A DNA stretch of 64,000 bases from Auanema rhodensis. Lineage: Eukaryota > Animalia > Nematoda. Shown here in pieces: positions 38,901 to 54,600 of the stretch. A program made the translations under genes and the position numbers. Positions within the stretch are counted from its first letter, which is position 1. Each line of letters opens with the position of its first letter. The stretch covers positions 18,352,001-18,416,000 of the forward strand of contig OZ059894.1 of NCBI GenBank assembly GCA_964057225.1. Reading direction: 5' to 3'. Below the pieces are notes generated by a model that was given only the letters and a program-made list of their open reading frames with translations, made no database searches and was not told where the DNA came from.

Positions 38901-41900
38901 GACAAAAATTTTTTCGAAAAATTTCAAAATAATTTAGCAAAAAGTAGATGTTTTTAGATTCCTTTTTTCAAGGCAAAGACGATGGACAATGTTATTCAAC
39001 GAAAAAATTAATTCTTCAGGGTGAAAATCGAGGATATAAGTGTGAACTTATATCAGTTGATATCTCGGTGCATTTTTAAGCTAGCGCAAATCTGATAACA
39101 CAGATCAACGCAGCTTAAAAATCCGCATCGAATGCACTATACTACATTGAGAAACGCTCAAAACAAAAATTAGTTATGATCGTTTGAAAAATGATGCATT
39201 AGTGTATGTTGAGTTTCCATGTACACTCAACATTGCTTCCAAAAACATTTTGACAAAAATTTTTTCGAAAAATTTCAAAATAATTTAGCAAAAAGTAGAT
39301 GTTTTTAGTTTCCTTTTTTCAAGGAAAAGACGATGGACAATGTTATTCAACGAAAAAATTAATTCTTCAGGGTGAAAATCGAGGATATAAGTGTGAACTT
39401 ATATCAGTTGATATCTCGGTGCATTTTTAAGCTAGCGCAAATCTGATAACACAGATCAACGCAGCTTAAAAATCCGCATCGAATGCACTATACTACATTG
39501 AGAAACGCTCAAAACAAAAATTAGTTATGATCGTTTGAAAAATGATGCATTAGTGTATGTTGAGTTTCCATGTACACTCAACATTGCTTCCAAAAACATT
39601 TTGACAAAAATTTTTTCGAAAAATTTCAAAATAATTTAGCAAAAAGTAGATGTTTTTAGTTTCCTTTTTTCAAGGAAAAGACGATGGACAATGTTATTCA
39701 ACGAAAAAATTAATTCTTCAGGGTGAAAATCGAGGATATAAGTGTGAACTTATATCAGTTGATATCTCGGTGCATTTTTAAGCTAGCGCAAATCTGATAA
39801 CACAGATCAACGCAGCTTAAAAATCCGCATCGAATGCACTATACTACATTGAGAAACGCTCAAAACAAAAATTAGTTATGATCGTTTGAAAAATGATGCA
39901 TTAGTGTATGTTGAGTTTCCATGTACACTCAACATTGCTTCCAAAAACATTTTGACAAAAATTTTTTCGAAAAATTTCAAAATAATTTAGCAAAAAGTAG
40001 ATGTTTTTAGTTTCCTTTTTTCAAGGAAAAGACGATGGACAATGTTATTCAACGAAAAAATTAATTCTTCAGGGTGAAAATCGAGGATATAAGTGTGAAC
40101 TTATATCAGTTGATATCTCGGTGCATTTTTAAGCTAGCGCAAATCTGATAACACAGATCGACGCAGCTTAAAAATCCGCATCGAATGCACTATACTACAT
40201 TGAGAAACGCTTAATACAAAAATTAGTTATGATCGTTTGAAACATGATGCATTGCTTCAACATTGCTTCCAAAAACATTTTGACAAAAATTTTTTCGAAA
40301 AATTTCAAAATAATTTAGCAAAAAGTAGATGTTTTTGATGCATTGCTTCAACATTGCATCCAAAAACATTTTGACAAAAATTTTTTCGAAAAATTTCAAA
40401 ATAATTTAGCAAAAAGTAGATGTTTTTAGATTCCTTTTTTCAAGGCAAAGACGATGGACAATGTTATTCAACGAAAAAATTAATTCTTCAGGGTGAAAAT
40501 CGAGGATATAAGTGTGAACTTATATCAGTTGATATCTCGGTGCATTTTTAAGCTAGCGCAAATCTGATAACACAGATCGACGCAGCTTAAAAATCCGCAT
40601 CGAATGCACTATACTACATTGAGAAACGCTTAATACAAAAATTAGTTATGATCGTTTGAAAAATGATGCATTAGTGTATGTTGAGTTTCCATGTACACTC
40701 AACATTGCTTCCAAAAACATTTTGACAAAAATTTTTTCGAAAAATTTCAAAATAATTTAGCAAAAAGTAGATGTTTTTAGTTTCCTTTTTTCAAGGAAAA
40801 GACGATGGACAATGTTATTCAACGAAAAAATTAATTCTTCAGGGTGAAAATCGAGGATATAAGTGTGAACTTATATCAGTTGATATCTCGGTGCATTTTT
40901 AAGCTAGCGCAAATCTGATAACACAGATCGACGCAGCTTAAAAATCCGCATCGAATGCACTATACTACATTGAGAAACGCTTAATACAAAAATTAGTTAT
41001 GATCGTTTGAAACATGATGCATTGCTTCAACATTGCTTCCAAAAACATTTTGACAAAAATTTTTTCGAAAAATTTCAAAATAATTTAGCAAAAAGTAGAT
41101 GTTTTTGATGCATTGCTTCAACATTGCATCCAAAAACATTTTGACAAAAATTTTTTCGAAAAATTTCAAAATAATTTAGCAAAAAGTAGATGTTTTTAGA
41201 TTCCTTTTTTCAAGGCAAAGACGATGGACAATGTTATTCAACAAAAAAATTAATTCTTCAGGGTGAAAATCGAGGATATAAGTGTGAACTTATATCAGTT
41301 GATATCTCGGTGCATTTTTAAGCTAGCGCAAATCTGTTAACACAGATCGACGCAGCTTAAAAATCCGCATCGAATGCACTATACTACATTGAGAAACGCT
41401 TAAAACAAAAATTAGTTATGATCGTTTGAAAAATGATGCATTAGTGTATGTTGAGTTTCCATGTACACTCAACATTGCTTCCAAAAACATTTTGACAAAA
41501 ATTTTTTCGAAAAATTTCAAAATAATTTAGCAAAAAGTAGATGTTTTTAGATTCCTTTTTTCAAGGCAAAGACGATGGACAATGTTATTCAACGAAAAAA
41601 TTAATTCTTCAGGGTGAAAATCGAGGATAGAAGTGTGAACTTATATCAGTTGATATCTCGGTGCATTTTTAAGCTAGCGCAAATCTGTTAACACAGATCG
41701 ACGCAGCTTAAAAATCCGCATCGAATGCACTATACTACATTGAGAAACGCTTAAAACAAAAATTAGTTATGATCGTTTGAAAAATGATGCATTAGTGTAT
41801 GTTGAGTTTCCATGTACACTCAACATTGCTTCCAAAAACATTTTGACAAAAATTTTTTCGAAAAATTTCAAAATAATTTAGCAAAAAGTAGATGTTTTTA

Positions 41901-43899
41901 GATTCCTTTTTTTAAGGCAAAGACGATGGACAATGTTATTCAACAAAAAAATTAATTCTTCAGGGTGAAAATCGAGGATATAAGTGTGAACTTATATCAG
42001 TTGATATCTCGGTGCATTTTTAAGCTAGCGCAAATCTGATAACACAGATCAACGCAGCTTAAAAATCCGCATCGAATGCACTATACTACATTGAGAAACG
42101 CTTAAAACAAAAATTAGTTATGATCGTTTGAAAAATGATGCATTAGTGTATGTTGAGTTTCCATGTACACTCAACATTGCTTCCAAAAACATTTTGACAA
42201 AAATTTTTTCGAAAAATTTCAAAATAATTTAGCAAAAAGTAGATGTTTTTAGATTCCTTTTTTTAAGGCAAAGACGATGGACAATGTTATTCAACAAAAA
42301 AATTAATTCTTCAGGGTGAAAATCGAGGATATAAGTGTGAACTTATATCAGTTGATATCTCGGTGCATTTTTAAGCTAGCGCAAATCTGATAACACAGAT
42401 CAACGCAGCTTAAAAATCCGCATCGAATGCACTATACTACATTGAGAAACGCTTAAAACAAAAATTAGTTATGATCGTTTGAAAAATGATGCATTAGTGT
42501 ATGTTGAGTTTCCATGTACACTCAACATTGCTTCCAAAAACATTTTGACAAAAATTTTTTCGAAAAATTTCAAAATAATTTAGCAAAAAGTAGATGTTTT
42601 TAGTTTCCTTTTTTCAAGGCAAAGACGATGGACAATGTTATTCAACGAAAAAATTAATTCTTCAGGGTGAAAATCGAGGATATAAGTGTGAACTTATATC
42701 AGTTGATATCTCGGTGCATTTTTAAGCTAGCGCAAATCTGATAACACAGATCGACGCAGCTTAAAAATCCGCATCGAATGCACTATACTACATTGAGAAA
42801 CGCTTAATACAAAAATTAGTTATGATCGTTTGAAACATGATGCATTGCTTCAACATTGTTTCCAAAAACATTTTGACAAAAATTTTTTCGAAAAATTTCA
42901 AAATAATTTAGCAAAAAGTAGATGTTTTTAGATTCCTTTTTTTAAGGCAAAGACGATGGACAATGTTATTCAACAAAAAAATTAATTCTTCAGGGTGAAA
43001 ATCGAGGATATAAGTGTGAACTTATATCAGTTGATATCTCGGTGCATTTTTAAGCTAGCGCAAATCTGATAACACAGATCAACGCAGCTTAAAAATCCGC
43101 ATCGAATGCACTATACTACATTGAGAAACGCTCAAAACAAAAATTAGTTATGATCGTTTGAAAAATGATGCATTAGTGTATGTTGAGTTTCCATGTACAC
43201 TCAACATTGCTTCCAAAAACATTTTGACAAAAATTTTTTCGAAAAATTTCAAAATAATTTAGCAAAAAGTAGATGTTTTTAGTTTCCTTTTTTCAAGGCA
43301 AAGACGATGGACAATGTTATTCAACGAAAAAATTAATTCTTCAGGGTGAAAATCGAGGATATAAGTGTGAACTTATATCAGTTGATATCTCGGTGCATTT
43401 TTAAGCTAGCGCAAATCTGATAACACAGATCGACGCAGCTTAAAAATCCGCATCGAATGCACTATACTACATTGAGAAACGCTTAATACAAAAATTAGTT
43501 ATGATCGTTTGAAACATGATGCATTGCTTCAACATTGCTTCCAAAAACATTTTGACAAAAATTTTTTCGAAAAATTTCAAAATAATTTAGCAAAAAGTAG
43601 ATGTTTTTAGATTCCTTTTTTTAAGGCAAAGACGATGGACAATGTTATTCAACAAAAAAATTAATTCTTCAGGGTGAAAATCGAGGATATAAGTGTGAAC
43701 TTATATCAGTTGATATCTCGGTGCATTTTTAAGCTAGCGCAAATCTGATAACACAGATCAACGCAGCTTAAAAATCCGCATCGAATGCACTATACTACAT
43801 TGAGAAACGCTCAAAACAAAAATTAGTTATGATCGTTTGAAAAATGATGCATTAGTGTATGTTGAGTTTCCATGTACACTCAACATTGCTTCCAAAAAC

Positions 43900-46800
43900 A
43901 TTTTGACAAAAATTTTTTCGAAAAATTTCAAAATAATTTAGCAAAAAGTAGATGTTTTTAGTTTCCTTTTTTCAAGGCAAAGACGATGGACAATGTTATT
44001 CAACGAAAAAATTAATTCTTCAGGGTGAAAATCGAGGATATAAGTGTGAACTTATATCAGTTGATATCTCGGTGCATTTTTAAGCTAGCGCAAATCTGAT
44101 AACACAGATCGACGCAGCTTAAAAATCCGCATCGAATGCACTATACTACATTGAGAAACGCTTAATACAAAAATTAGTTATGATCGTTTGAAACATGATG
44201 CATTGCTTCAACATTGCTTCCAAAAACATTTTGACAAAAATTTTTTCGAAAAATTTCAAAATAATTTAGCAAAAAGTAGATGTTTTTGATGCATTGCTTC
44301 AACATTGCTTCCAAAAACATTTTGACAAAAATTTTTTCGAAAAATTTCAAAATAATTTAGCAAAAAGTAGATGTTTTTAGTTTCCTTTTTTCAAGGCAAA
44401 GACGATGGACAATGTTATTCAACAAAAAAATTAATTCTTCAGGGTGAAAATCGAGGATATAAGTGTGAACTTATATCAGTTGATATCTCGGTGCATTTTT
44501 AAGCTAGCGCAAATCTGATAACACAGATCAACGCAGCTTAAAAATCCGCATCGAATGCACTATACTACATTGAGAAACGCTTAAAACAAAAATTAGTTAT
44601 GATCGTTTGAAAAATGATGCATTGCTTCAACATTGCTTCCAAAAACATTTTGACAAAAATTTTTTCGAAAAATTTCAAAATAATTTAGCAAAAAGTAGAT
44701 GTTTTTGATGCATTGCTTCAACATTGCTTCCAAAAACATTTTGACAAAAATTTTTTCGAAAAATTTCAAAATAATTTAGCAAAAAGTAGATGTTTTTAGT
44801 TTCCTTTTTTCAAGGCAAAGACGATGGACAATGTTATTCAACGAAAAAATTAATTCTTCAGGGTGAAAATCGAGGATATAAGTGTGAACTTATATCAGTT
44901 GATATCTCGGTGCATTTTTAAGCTAGCGCAAATCTGATAACACAGATCGACGCAGCTTAAAAATCCGCATCGAATGCACTATACTACATTGAGAAACGCT
45001 TAATACAAAAATTAGTTATGATCGTTTGAAAAATGATGCATTAGTGTATGTTGAGTTTCCATGTACACTCAACATTGCTTCCAAAAACATTTTGACAAAA
45101 CTTTTTTCGAAAAATTTCAAAATAATTTATCAAAAAGTAGATGTTTTTAGATTCCTTTTTTCAAGGCAAAGACGATGGACAATGTTATTCAACGAAAAAA
45201 TTAATTCTTCAGGGTGAAAATCGAGGATATAAGTGTGAACTTATATCAGTTGATATCTCGGTGCATTTTTAAGCTAGCGCAAATCTGATAACACAGATCA
45301 ACGCAGCTTAAAAATCCGCATCGAATGCACTATACTACATTGAGAAACGCTTAAAACAAAAATTAGTTATGATCGTTTGAAAAATGATGCATTAGTGTAT
45401 GTTGAGTTTCCATGTACACTCAACATTGCTTCCAAAAACATTTTGACAAAAATTTTTTCGAAAAATTTCAAAATAATTTAGCAAAAAGTAGATGTTTTTA
45501 GATTCCTTTTTTTAAGGCAAAGACGATGGACAATGTTATTCAACAAAAAAATTAATTCTTCAGGGTGAAAATCGAGGATATAAGTGTGAACTTATATCAG
45601 TTGATATCTCGGTGCATTTTTAAGCTAGCGCAAATCTGATAACACAGATCAACGCAGCTTAAAAATCCGCATCGAATGCACTATACTACATTGAGAAACG
45701 CTCAAAACAAAAATTAGTTATGATCGTTTGAAAAATGATGCATTAGTGTATGTTGAGTTTCCATGTACACTCAACATTGCTTCCAAAAACATTTTGACAA
45801 AAATTTTTTCGAAAAATTTCAAAATAATTTAGCAAAAAGTAGATGTTTTTGATGCATTGCTTCAACATTGCTTCCAAAAACATTTTGACAAAAATTTTTT
45901 CGAAAAATTTCAAAATAATTTAGCAAAAAGTAGATGTTTTTAGATTCCTTTTTTCAAGGCAAAGACGATGGACAATGTTATTCAACGAAAAAATTAATTC
46001 TTCAGGGTGAAAATCGAGGATATAAGTGTGAACTTATATCAGTTGATATCTCGGTGCATTTTTAAGCTAGCGCAAATCTGATAACACAGATCGACGCAGC
46101 TTAAAAATCCGCATCGAATGCACTATACTACATTGAGAAACGCTTAATACAAAAATTAGTTATGATCGTTTGAAAAATGATGCATTAGTGTATGTTGAGT
46201 TTCCATGTACACTCAACATTGCTTCCAAAAACATTTTGACAAAAATTTTTTCGAAAAATTTCAAAATAATTTAGCAAAAAGTAGATGTTTTTAGTTTCCT
46301 TTTTTCAAGGCAAAGACGATGGACAATGTTATTCAACGAAAAAATTAATTCTTCAGGGTGAAAATCGAGGATATAAGTGTGAACTTATATCAGTTGATAT
46401 CTCGGTGCATTTTTAAGCTAGCGCAAATCTGATAACACAGATCGACGCAGCTTAAAAATCCGCATCGAATGCACTATACTACATTGAGAAACGCTTAATA
46501 CAAAAATTAGTTATGATCGTTTGAAACATGATGCATTGCTTCAACATTGCTTCCAAAAACATTTTGACAAAAATTTTTTCGAAAAATTTCAAAATAATTT
46601 AGCAAAAAGTAGATGTTTTTGATGCATTGCTTCAACATTGCTTCCAAAAACATTTTGACAAAAATTTTTTCGAAAAATTTCAAAATAATTTAGCAAAAAG
46701 TAGATGTTTTTAGTTTCCTTTTTTCAAGGCAAAGACGATGGACAATGTTATTCAACAAAAAAATTAATTCTTCAGGGTGAAAATCGAGGATATAAGTGTG

Positions 46801-48600
46801 AACTTATATCAGTTGATATCTCGGTGCATTTTTAAGCTAGCGCAAATCTGATAACACAGATCAACGCAGCTTAAAAATCCGCATCGAATGCACTATACTA
46901 CATTGAGAAACGCTTAAAACAAAAATTAGTTATGATCGTTTGAAAAATGATGCATTGCTTCAACATTGCTTCCAAAAACATTTTGACAAAAATTTTTTCG
47001 AAAAATTTCAAAATAATTTAGCAAAAAGTAGATGTTTTTGATGCATTGCTTCAACATTGCTTCCAAAAACATTTTGACAAAAATTTTTTCGAAAAATTTC
47101 AAAATAATTTAGCAAAAAGTAGATGTTTTTAGTTTCCTTTTTTCAAGGCAAAGACGATGGACAATGTTATTCAACGAAAAAATTAATTCTTCAGGGTGAA
47201 AATCGAGGATATAAGTGTGAACTTATATCAGTTGATATCTCGGTGCATTTTTAAGCTAGCGCAAATCTGATAACACAGATCGACGCAGCTTAAAAATCCG
47301 CATCGAATGCACTATACTACATTGAGAAACGCTTAATACAAAAATTAGTTATGATCGTTTGAAAAATGATGCATTAGTGTATGTTGAGTTTCCATGTACA
47401 CTCAACATTGCTTCCAAAAACATTTTGACAAAACTTTTTTCGAAAAATTTCAAAATAATTTATCAAAAAGTAGATGTTTTTAGATTCCTTTTTTCAAGGC
47501 AAAGACGATGGACAATGTTATTCAACGAAAAAATTAATTCTTCAGGGTGAAAATCGAGGATATAAGTGTGAACTTATATCAGTTGATATCTCGGTGCATT
47601 TTTAAGCTAGCGCAAATCTGATAACACAGATCAACGCAGCTTAAAAATCCGCATCGAATGCACTATACTACATTGAGAAACGCTTAAAACAAAAATTAGT
47701 TATGATCGTTTGAAAAATGATGCATTAGTGTATGTTGAGTTTCCATGTACACTCAACATTGCTTCCAAAAACATTTTGACAAAAATTTTTTCGAAAAATT
47801 TCAAAATAATTTAGCAAAAAGTAGATGTTTTTAGATTCCTTTTTTTAAGGCAAAGACGATGGACAATGTTATTCAACAAAAAAATTAATTCTTCAGGGTG
47901 AAAATCGAGGATATAAGTGTGAACTTATATCAGTTGATATCTCGGTGCATTTTTAAGCTAGCGCAAATCTGATAACACAGATCAACGCAGCTTAAAAATC
48001 CGCATCGAATGCACTATACTACATTGAGAAACGCTCAAAACAAAAATTAGTTATGATCGTTTGAAAAATGATGCATTAGTGTATGTTGAGTTTCCATGTA
48101 CACTCAACATTGCTTCCAAAAACATTTTGACAAAAATTTTTTCGAAAAATTTCAAAATAATTTAGCAAAAAGTAGATGTTTTTGATGCATTGCTTCAACA
48201 TTGCTTCCAAAAACATTTTGACAAAAATTTTTTCGAAAAATTTCAAAATAATTTAGCAAAAAGTAGATGTTTTTAGATTCCTTTTTTCAAGGCAAAGACG
48301 ATGGACAATGTTATTCAACGAAAAAATTAATTCTTCAGGGTGAAAATCGAGGATATAAGTGTGAACTTATATCAGTTGATATCTCGGTGCATTTTTAAGC
48401 TAGCGCAAATCTGATAACACAGATCGACGCAGCTTAAAAATCCGCATCGAATGCACTATACTACATTGAGAAACGCTTAATACAAAAATTAGTTATGATC
48501 GTTTGAAAAATGATGCATTAGTGTATGTTGAGTTTCCATGTACACTCAACATTGCTTCCAAAAACATTTTGACAAAAATTTTTTCGAAAAATTTCAAAAT
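43900..48600. repeat. 2333-bp 6-monomer HOR, two copies; boundaries approximate
   Basis: Identical ORFs at 45026 and 47359. 2333 = 3x351+442+2x419, with the same order of unit types in both copies. Confidence 0.9.
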
Positions 48601-51600
48601 AATTTAGCAAAAAGTAGATGTTTTTAGATTCCTTTTTTCAAGGCAAAGACGATGGACAATATTATTCAACGAAAAAATTAATTCTTCAGGGTGAAAATCG
48701 AGGATAGAAGTGTGAACTTATATCAGTTGATATCTCGGTGCATTTTTAAGCTAGCGCAAATCTGTTAACACAGATCGACGCAGCTTAAAAATCCGCATCG
48801 AATGCACTATACTACATTGAGAAACGCTTAAAACAAAAATTAGTTATGATCGTTTGAAAAATGATGCATTAGTGTATGTTGTGTTTCCATGTACACTCAA
48901 CATTGCTTCCAAAAACATTTTGACAAAAATTTTTTCGAAAAATTTCAAAATAATTTAGCAAAAAGTAGATGTTTTTAGATTCCTTTTTTCAAGGCAAAGA
49001 CGATGGACAATGTTATTCAACGAAAAAATTAATTCTTCAGGGTGAAAATCGAGGATATAAGTGTGAACTTATATCAGTTGATATCTCGGTGCATTTTTAA
49101 GCTAGCGCAAATCTGTTAACACAGATCAACGCAGCTTAAAAATCCGCATCGAATGCACTATACTACATTGAAAAACGCTTAATACAAAAATTAGTTATGA
49201 TCGTTTGAAAAATGATGCATTAGTGTATGTTGAGTTTCCATGTACACTCAACATTGCTTCCAAAAACATTTTGACAAAACTTTTTTCGAAAAATTTCAAA
49301 ATAATTTAGCAAAAAGTAGATGTTTTTAGATTCCTTTTTTCAAGGCAAAGACGATGGACAATGTTATTCAACGAAAAAATTAATTCTTCAGGGTGAAAAT
49401 CGAGGATATAAGTGTGAACTTATATCAGTTGATATCTCGGTGCATTTTCAAGCTAGCGCAAATCTGATAACACAGATCGACGCAGCTTAAAAATCCGCAT
49501 CGAATGCACTATACTACATTGAGAAACGCTTAATACAAAAATTAGTTATGATCGTTTGAAAAATGATGCATTAGTGTATGTTGAGTTTCCATGTACACTC
49601 AACATTGCTTCCAAAAACATTTTGACAAAAATTTTTTCGAAAAATTTCAAAATAATTTAGCAAAAAGTAGATGTTTTTAGATTCCTTTTTTCAAGGCAAA
49701 GACGATGGACAATGTTATTCAACGAAAAAATTAATTCTTCAGGGTGAAAATCGAGGATATAAGTGTGAACTTATATCAGTTGATATCTCGGTGCATTTTT
49801 AAGCTAGCGCAAATCTGATAACACAGATCGACGCAGCTTAAAAATCCGCATCGAATGCACTATACTACATTGAGAAACGCTTAATACAAAAATTAGTTAT
49901 GATCGTTTGAAACATGATGCATTGCTTCAACATTGCTTCCAAAAACATTTTGACAAAAATTTTTTCGAAAAATTTCAAAATAATTTAGCAAAAAGTAGAT
50001 GTTTTTGATGCATTGCTTCAACATTGCTTCCAAAAACATTTTGACAAAAATTTTTTCGAAAAATTTCAAAATAATTTAGCAAAAAGTAGATGTTTTTAGA
50101 TTCCTTTTTTCAAGGCAAAGACGATGGACAATGTTATTCAACGAAAAAATTAATTCTTCAGGGTGAAAATCGAGGATATAAGTGTGAACTTATATCAGTT
50201 GATATCTCGGTGCATTTTTAAGCTAGCGCAAATCTGATAACACAGATCGACGCAGCTTAAAAATCCGCATCGAATGCACTATACTACATTGAGAAACGCT
50301 TAATACAAAAATTAGTTATGATCGTTTGAAAAATGATGCATTAGTGTATGTTGAGTTTCCATGTACACTCAACATTGCTTCCAAAAACATTTTGACAAAA
50401 ATTTTTTCGAAAAATTTCAAAATAATTTAGCAAAAAGTAGATGTTTTTAGATTCCTTTTTTCAAGGCAAAGACGATGGACAATATTATTCAACGAAAAAA
50501 TTAATTCTTCAGGGTGAAAATCGAGGATAGAAGTGTGAACTTATATCAGTTGATATCTCGGTGCATTTTTAAGCTAGCGCAAATCTGTTAACACAGATCG
50601 ACGCAGCTTAAAAATCCGCATCGAATGCACTATACTACATTGAGAAACGCTTAAACCAAAAATTAGTTATGATCGTTTGAAAAATGATGCATTAGTGTAT
50701 GTTGTGTTTCCATGTACACTCAACATTGCTTCCAAAAACATTTTGACAAAAATTTTTTCGAAAAATTTCAAAATAATTTAGCAAAAAGTAGATGTTTTTA
50801 GATTCCTTTTTTCAAGGCAAAGACGATGGACAATGTTATTCAACGAAAAAATTAATTCTTCAGGGTGAAAATCGAGGATATAAGTGTGAACTTATATCAG
50901 TTGATATCTCGGTGCATTTTTAAGCTAGCGCAAATCTGTTAACACAGATCAACGCAGCTTAAAAATCCGCATCGAATGCACTATACTACATTGAAAAACG
51001 CTTAATACAAAAATTAGTTATGATCGTTTGAAAAATGATGCATTAGTGTATGTTGAGTTTCCATGTACACTCAACATTGCTTCCAAAAACATTTTGACAA
51101 AACTTTTTTCGAAAAATTTCAAAATAATTTAGCAAAAAGTAGATGTTTTTAGATTCCTTTTTACAAGGCAAAGACGATGGACAATGTTATTCAACGAAAA
51201 AATTAATTCTTCAGGGTGAAAATCGAGGATATAAGTGTGAACTTATATCAGTTGATATCTCGGTGCATTTTCAAGCTAGCGCAAATCTGATAACACAGAT
51301 CGACGCAGCTTAAAAATCCGCATCGAATGCACTATACTACATTGAGAAACGCTTAATACAAAAATTAGTTATGATCGTTTGAAAAATGATGCATTAGTGT
51401 ATGTTGAGTTTCCATGTACACTCAACATTGCTTCCAAAAACATTTTGACAAAAATTTTTTCGAAAAATTTCAAAATAATTTAGCAAAAAGTAGATGTTTT
51501 TAGATTCCTTTTTTCAAGGCAAAGACGATGGACAATGTTATTCAACGAAAAAATTAATTCTTCAGGGTGAAAATCGAGGATATAAGTGTAAACTTATATC

Positions 51601-54600
51601 AGTTGATATCTCGGTGCATTTTTAAGCTAGCGCAAATCTGATAACACAGATCGACGCAGCTTAAAAATCCGCATCGCATGCACTATACTACATTGAGAAA
51701 CGCTTAATACAAAAATTAGTTATGATCGTTTGAAAAATGATGCATTAGTGTATGTTGTGTTTCCATGTACACTCAACATTGCTTCCAAAAACATTTTGAC
51801 AAAAATTTTTTCAAAAAATTTCAAGATAATTTAGCAAAAAGTAGATGTTTTTAGATTCCTTTTTTCAAGGGAAAGACGATGGACAATGTTATTCAACGAA
51901 AAAATTAATTCTTCAGGGTGAAAATCGAGGATATAAGTGTAAACTTATATCAGTTGATATCTCGGTGCATTTTTAAGCTAGCGCAAATCTGATAACACAG
52001 ATCGACGCAGCTTAAAAATCCGCATCGCATGCACTATACTACATTGAGAAACGCTTAATACAAAAATTAGTTATGATCGTTTGAAAAATGATGCATTAGT
52101 GTATGTTGTGTTTCCATGTACACTCAACATTGCTTCCAAAAACATTTTGACAAAAATTTTTTCGAAAAATTTCAAAATAATTTAGCAAAAAGTAGATATT
52201 TTTAGATTCCTTTTTTTAAGGCAAAGACGATGGACAATGTTATTCAACGAAAAAATTAATTCTTCAGGGTGAAAATCGAGGATATAAGTGTGAACTTATA
52301 TCAGTTGATATCTCGGTGCATTTTTAAGCTAGCGCAAATCTGATAACACAGATCGACGCAGCTTAAAAATCCGCATCGAATGCACTATACTATATTGAGA
52401 AACGCTTAATACAAAAATTAGTTATGATCGTTTGAAAAATGATGCATTAGTGTATGTTGAGTTTCCATGTACACTCAACATTGCTTCCAAAAACATTTTG
52501 ACAAAAATTTTTTCGAAAAATTTCAAAATAATTTAGCAAAAAGTAGATGTTTTTAGATTCCTTTTTTCAAGGCAAAGACGATGGACAATGTTATTCAACG
52601 AAAAAATTAATTCTTCAGGGTGAAAATCGAGGATATAAGTGTGAACTTATATCAGTTGATATCTCGGTGCATTTTTAAGCTAGCGCAAATCTGATAACAC
52701 AGATCGACGCAGCTTAAAAATCCGCATCGAATGCACTATACTACATTGAGAAACGCTTAATACAAAAATTAGTTATGATCGTTTGAAAAATGATGCATTA
52801 GTGTATGTTGTGTTTCCATGTACACTCAACATTGCTTCCAAAAACATTTTGACAAAAATTTTTTCGAAAAATTTCAAAATAATTTAGCAAAAAGTAGATG
52901 TTTTTAGATTCCTTTTTTTAAGGCAAAGACGATGAACAATGTTATTCAACGAAAAAATTAATTCTTCAGGGTGAAAATCGAGGATATAAGTGTGAACTTA
53001 TATCAGTTGATATCTCGGTGCATTTTTAAGCTAGCGCAAATCTGATAACACAGATCGACGCAGCTTAAAATTCCGCATCGAATGCACTATACTACATTGA
53101 GAAACGCTTAATACAAAAATTAGTTATGATCGTTTGAAAAATGATGCATTAGTGTATGTTGTGTTTCCATGTACACTCAACATTGCTTCCAAAAACATTT
53201 TGACAAAAATTTTTTCGAAAAATTTCGAAATAATTTAGCAAAAAGTAGATGTTTTTAGATTCCTTTTTTTAAGGCAAAGACGATGGACAATGTTATTCAA
53301 CGAAAAAATTAATTCTTCAGGGTGAAAATCGAGGATATAAGTGTGAACTTATATCAGTTGATATCTCGGTGCATTTTTAAGCTAGCGCAAATCTGTTAAC
53401 ACAGATCAACGCAGCTTAAAAATCCGCATCGAATGCACTATACTACATTGAGAGACGCTTAAAACAAAAATTAGTTATGATCGTTTGAAAAATGATGCAT
53501 TAGTGTATGTTGAGTTTCCATGTACACTCAACATTGCTTCCAAAAACATTTTGACAAAAATTTTTTCGAAAAATTTCAAAATAATTTAGCAAAAAGTAGA
53601 TGTTTTTAGATTCCTTTTTTCAAGGCAAAGACGATGGACAATGTTATTCAACGAAAAAATTAATTCTTCAGGGTGAAAATCGAAGATATAAGTGTGAACT
53701 TATATCAGTTGATATCTCGGTGCATTTTCAAGCTAGCGCAAATCTGATAACACAGATCGACGCAGCTTAAAAATCCGCATCGAATGCACTATACTATATT
53801 GAGAAACGCTTAAAACAAAAATTAGTTATGATCGTTTGAAAAATGATGCATTAGTGTATGTTGAGTTTCCATGTACACTCAACATTGCTTCCAAAAACAT
53901 TTTGACAAAAATTTTTTCGAAAAATTTCAAAATAATTTAGCAAAAAGTAGATGTTTTTAGATTCCTTTTTTCAAGGCAAAGACGATGGACAATGTTATTC
54001 AACGAAAAAATTAATTCTTCAGGGTGAAAATCGAAGATATAAGTGTGAACTTATATCAGTTGATATCTCGGTGCATTTTCAAGCTAGCGCAAATCTGATA
54101 ACACAGATCGACGCAGCTTAAAAATCCGCATCGAATGCACTATACTATATTGAGAAACGCTTAATACAAAAATTAGTTATGATCGTTTGAAAAATGATGC
54201 ATTAGTGTATGTTGAGTTTCCATGTACACTCAACATTGCTTCCAAAAACATTTTGACAAAAATTTTTTCGAAAAATTTCAAAATAATTTAGCAAAAAGTA
54301 GATGTTTTTAGATTCCTTTTTTCAAGGCAAAGACGATGGACAATGTTATTCAACGAAAAAATTAATTCTTCAGGGTGAAAATCGAGGATATAAGTGTGAA
54401 CTTATATCAGTTGATATCTCGGTGCATTTTTAAGCTAGCGCGAATCTGATAACACAGATCGACGCAGCTTAAAAATCCGCATCGAATGCACTATACTACA
54501 TTGAGAAACGCTTAATACAAAAATTAGTTATGATCGTTTGAAAAATGATGCATTAGTGTATGTTGTGTTTCCATGTACACTCAACATTGCTTCCAAAAAC

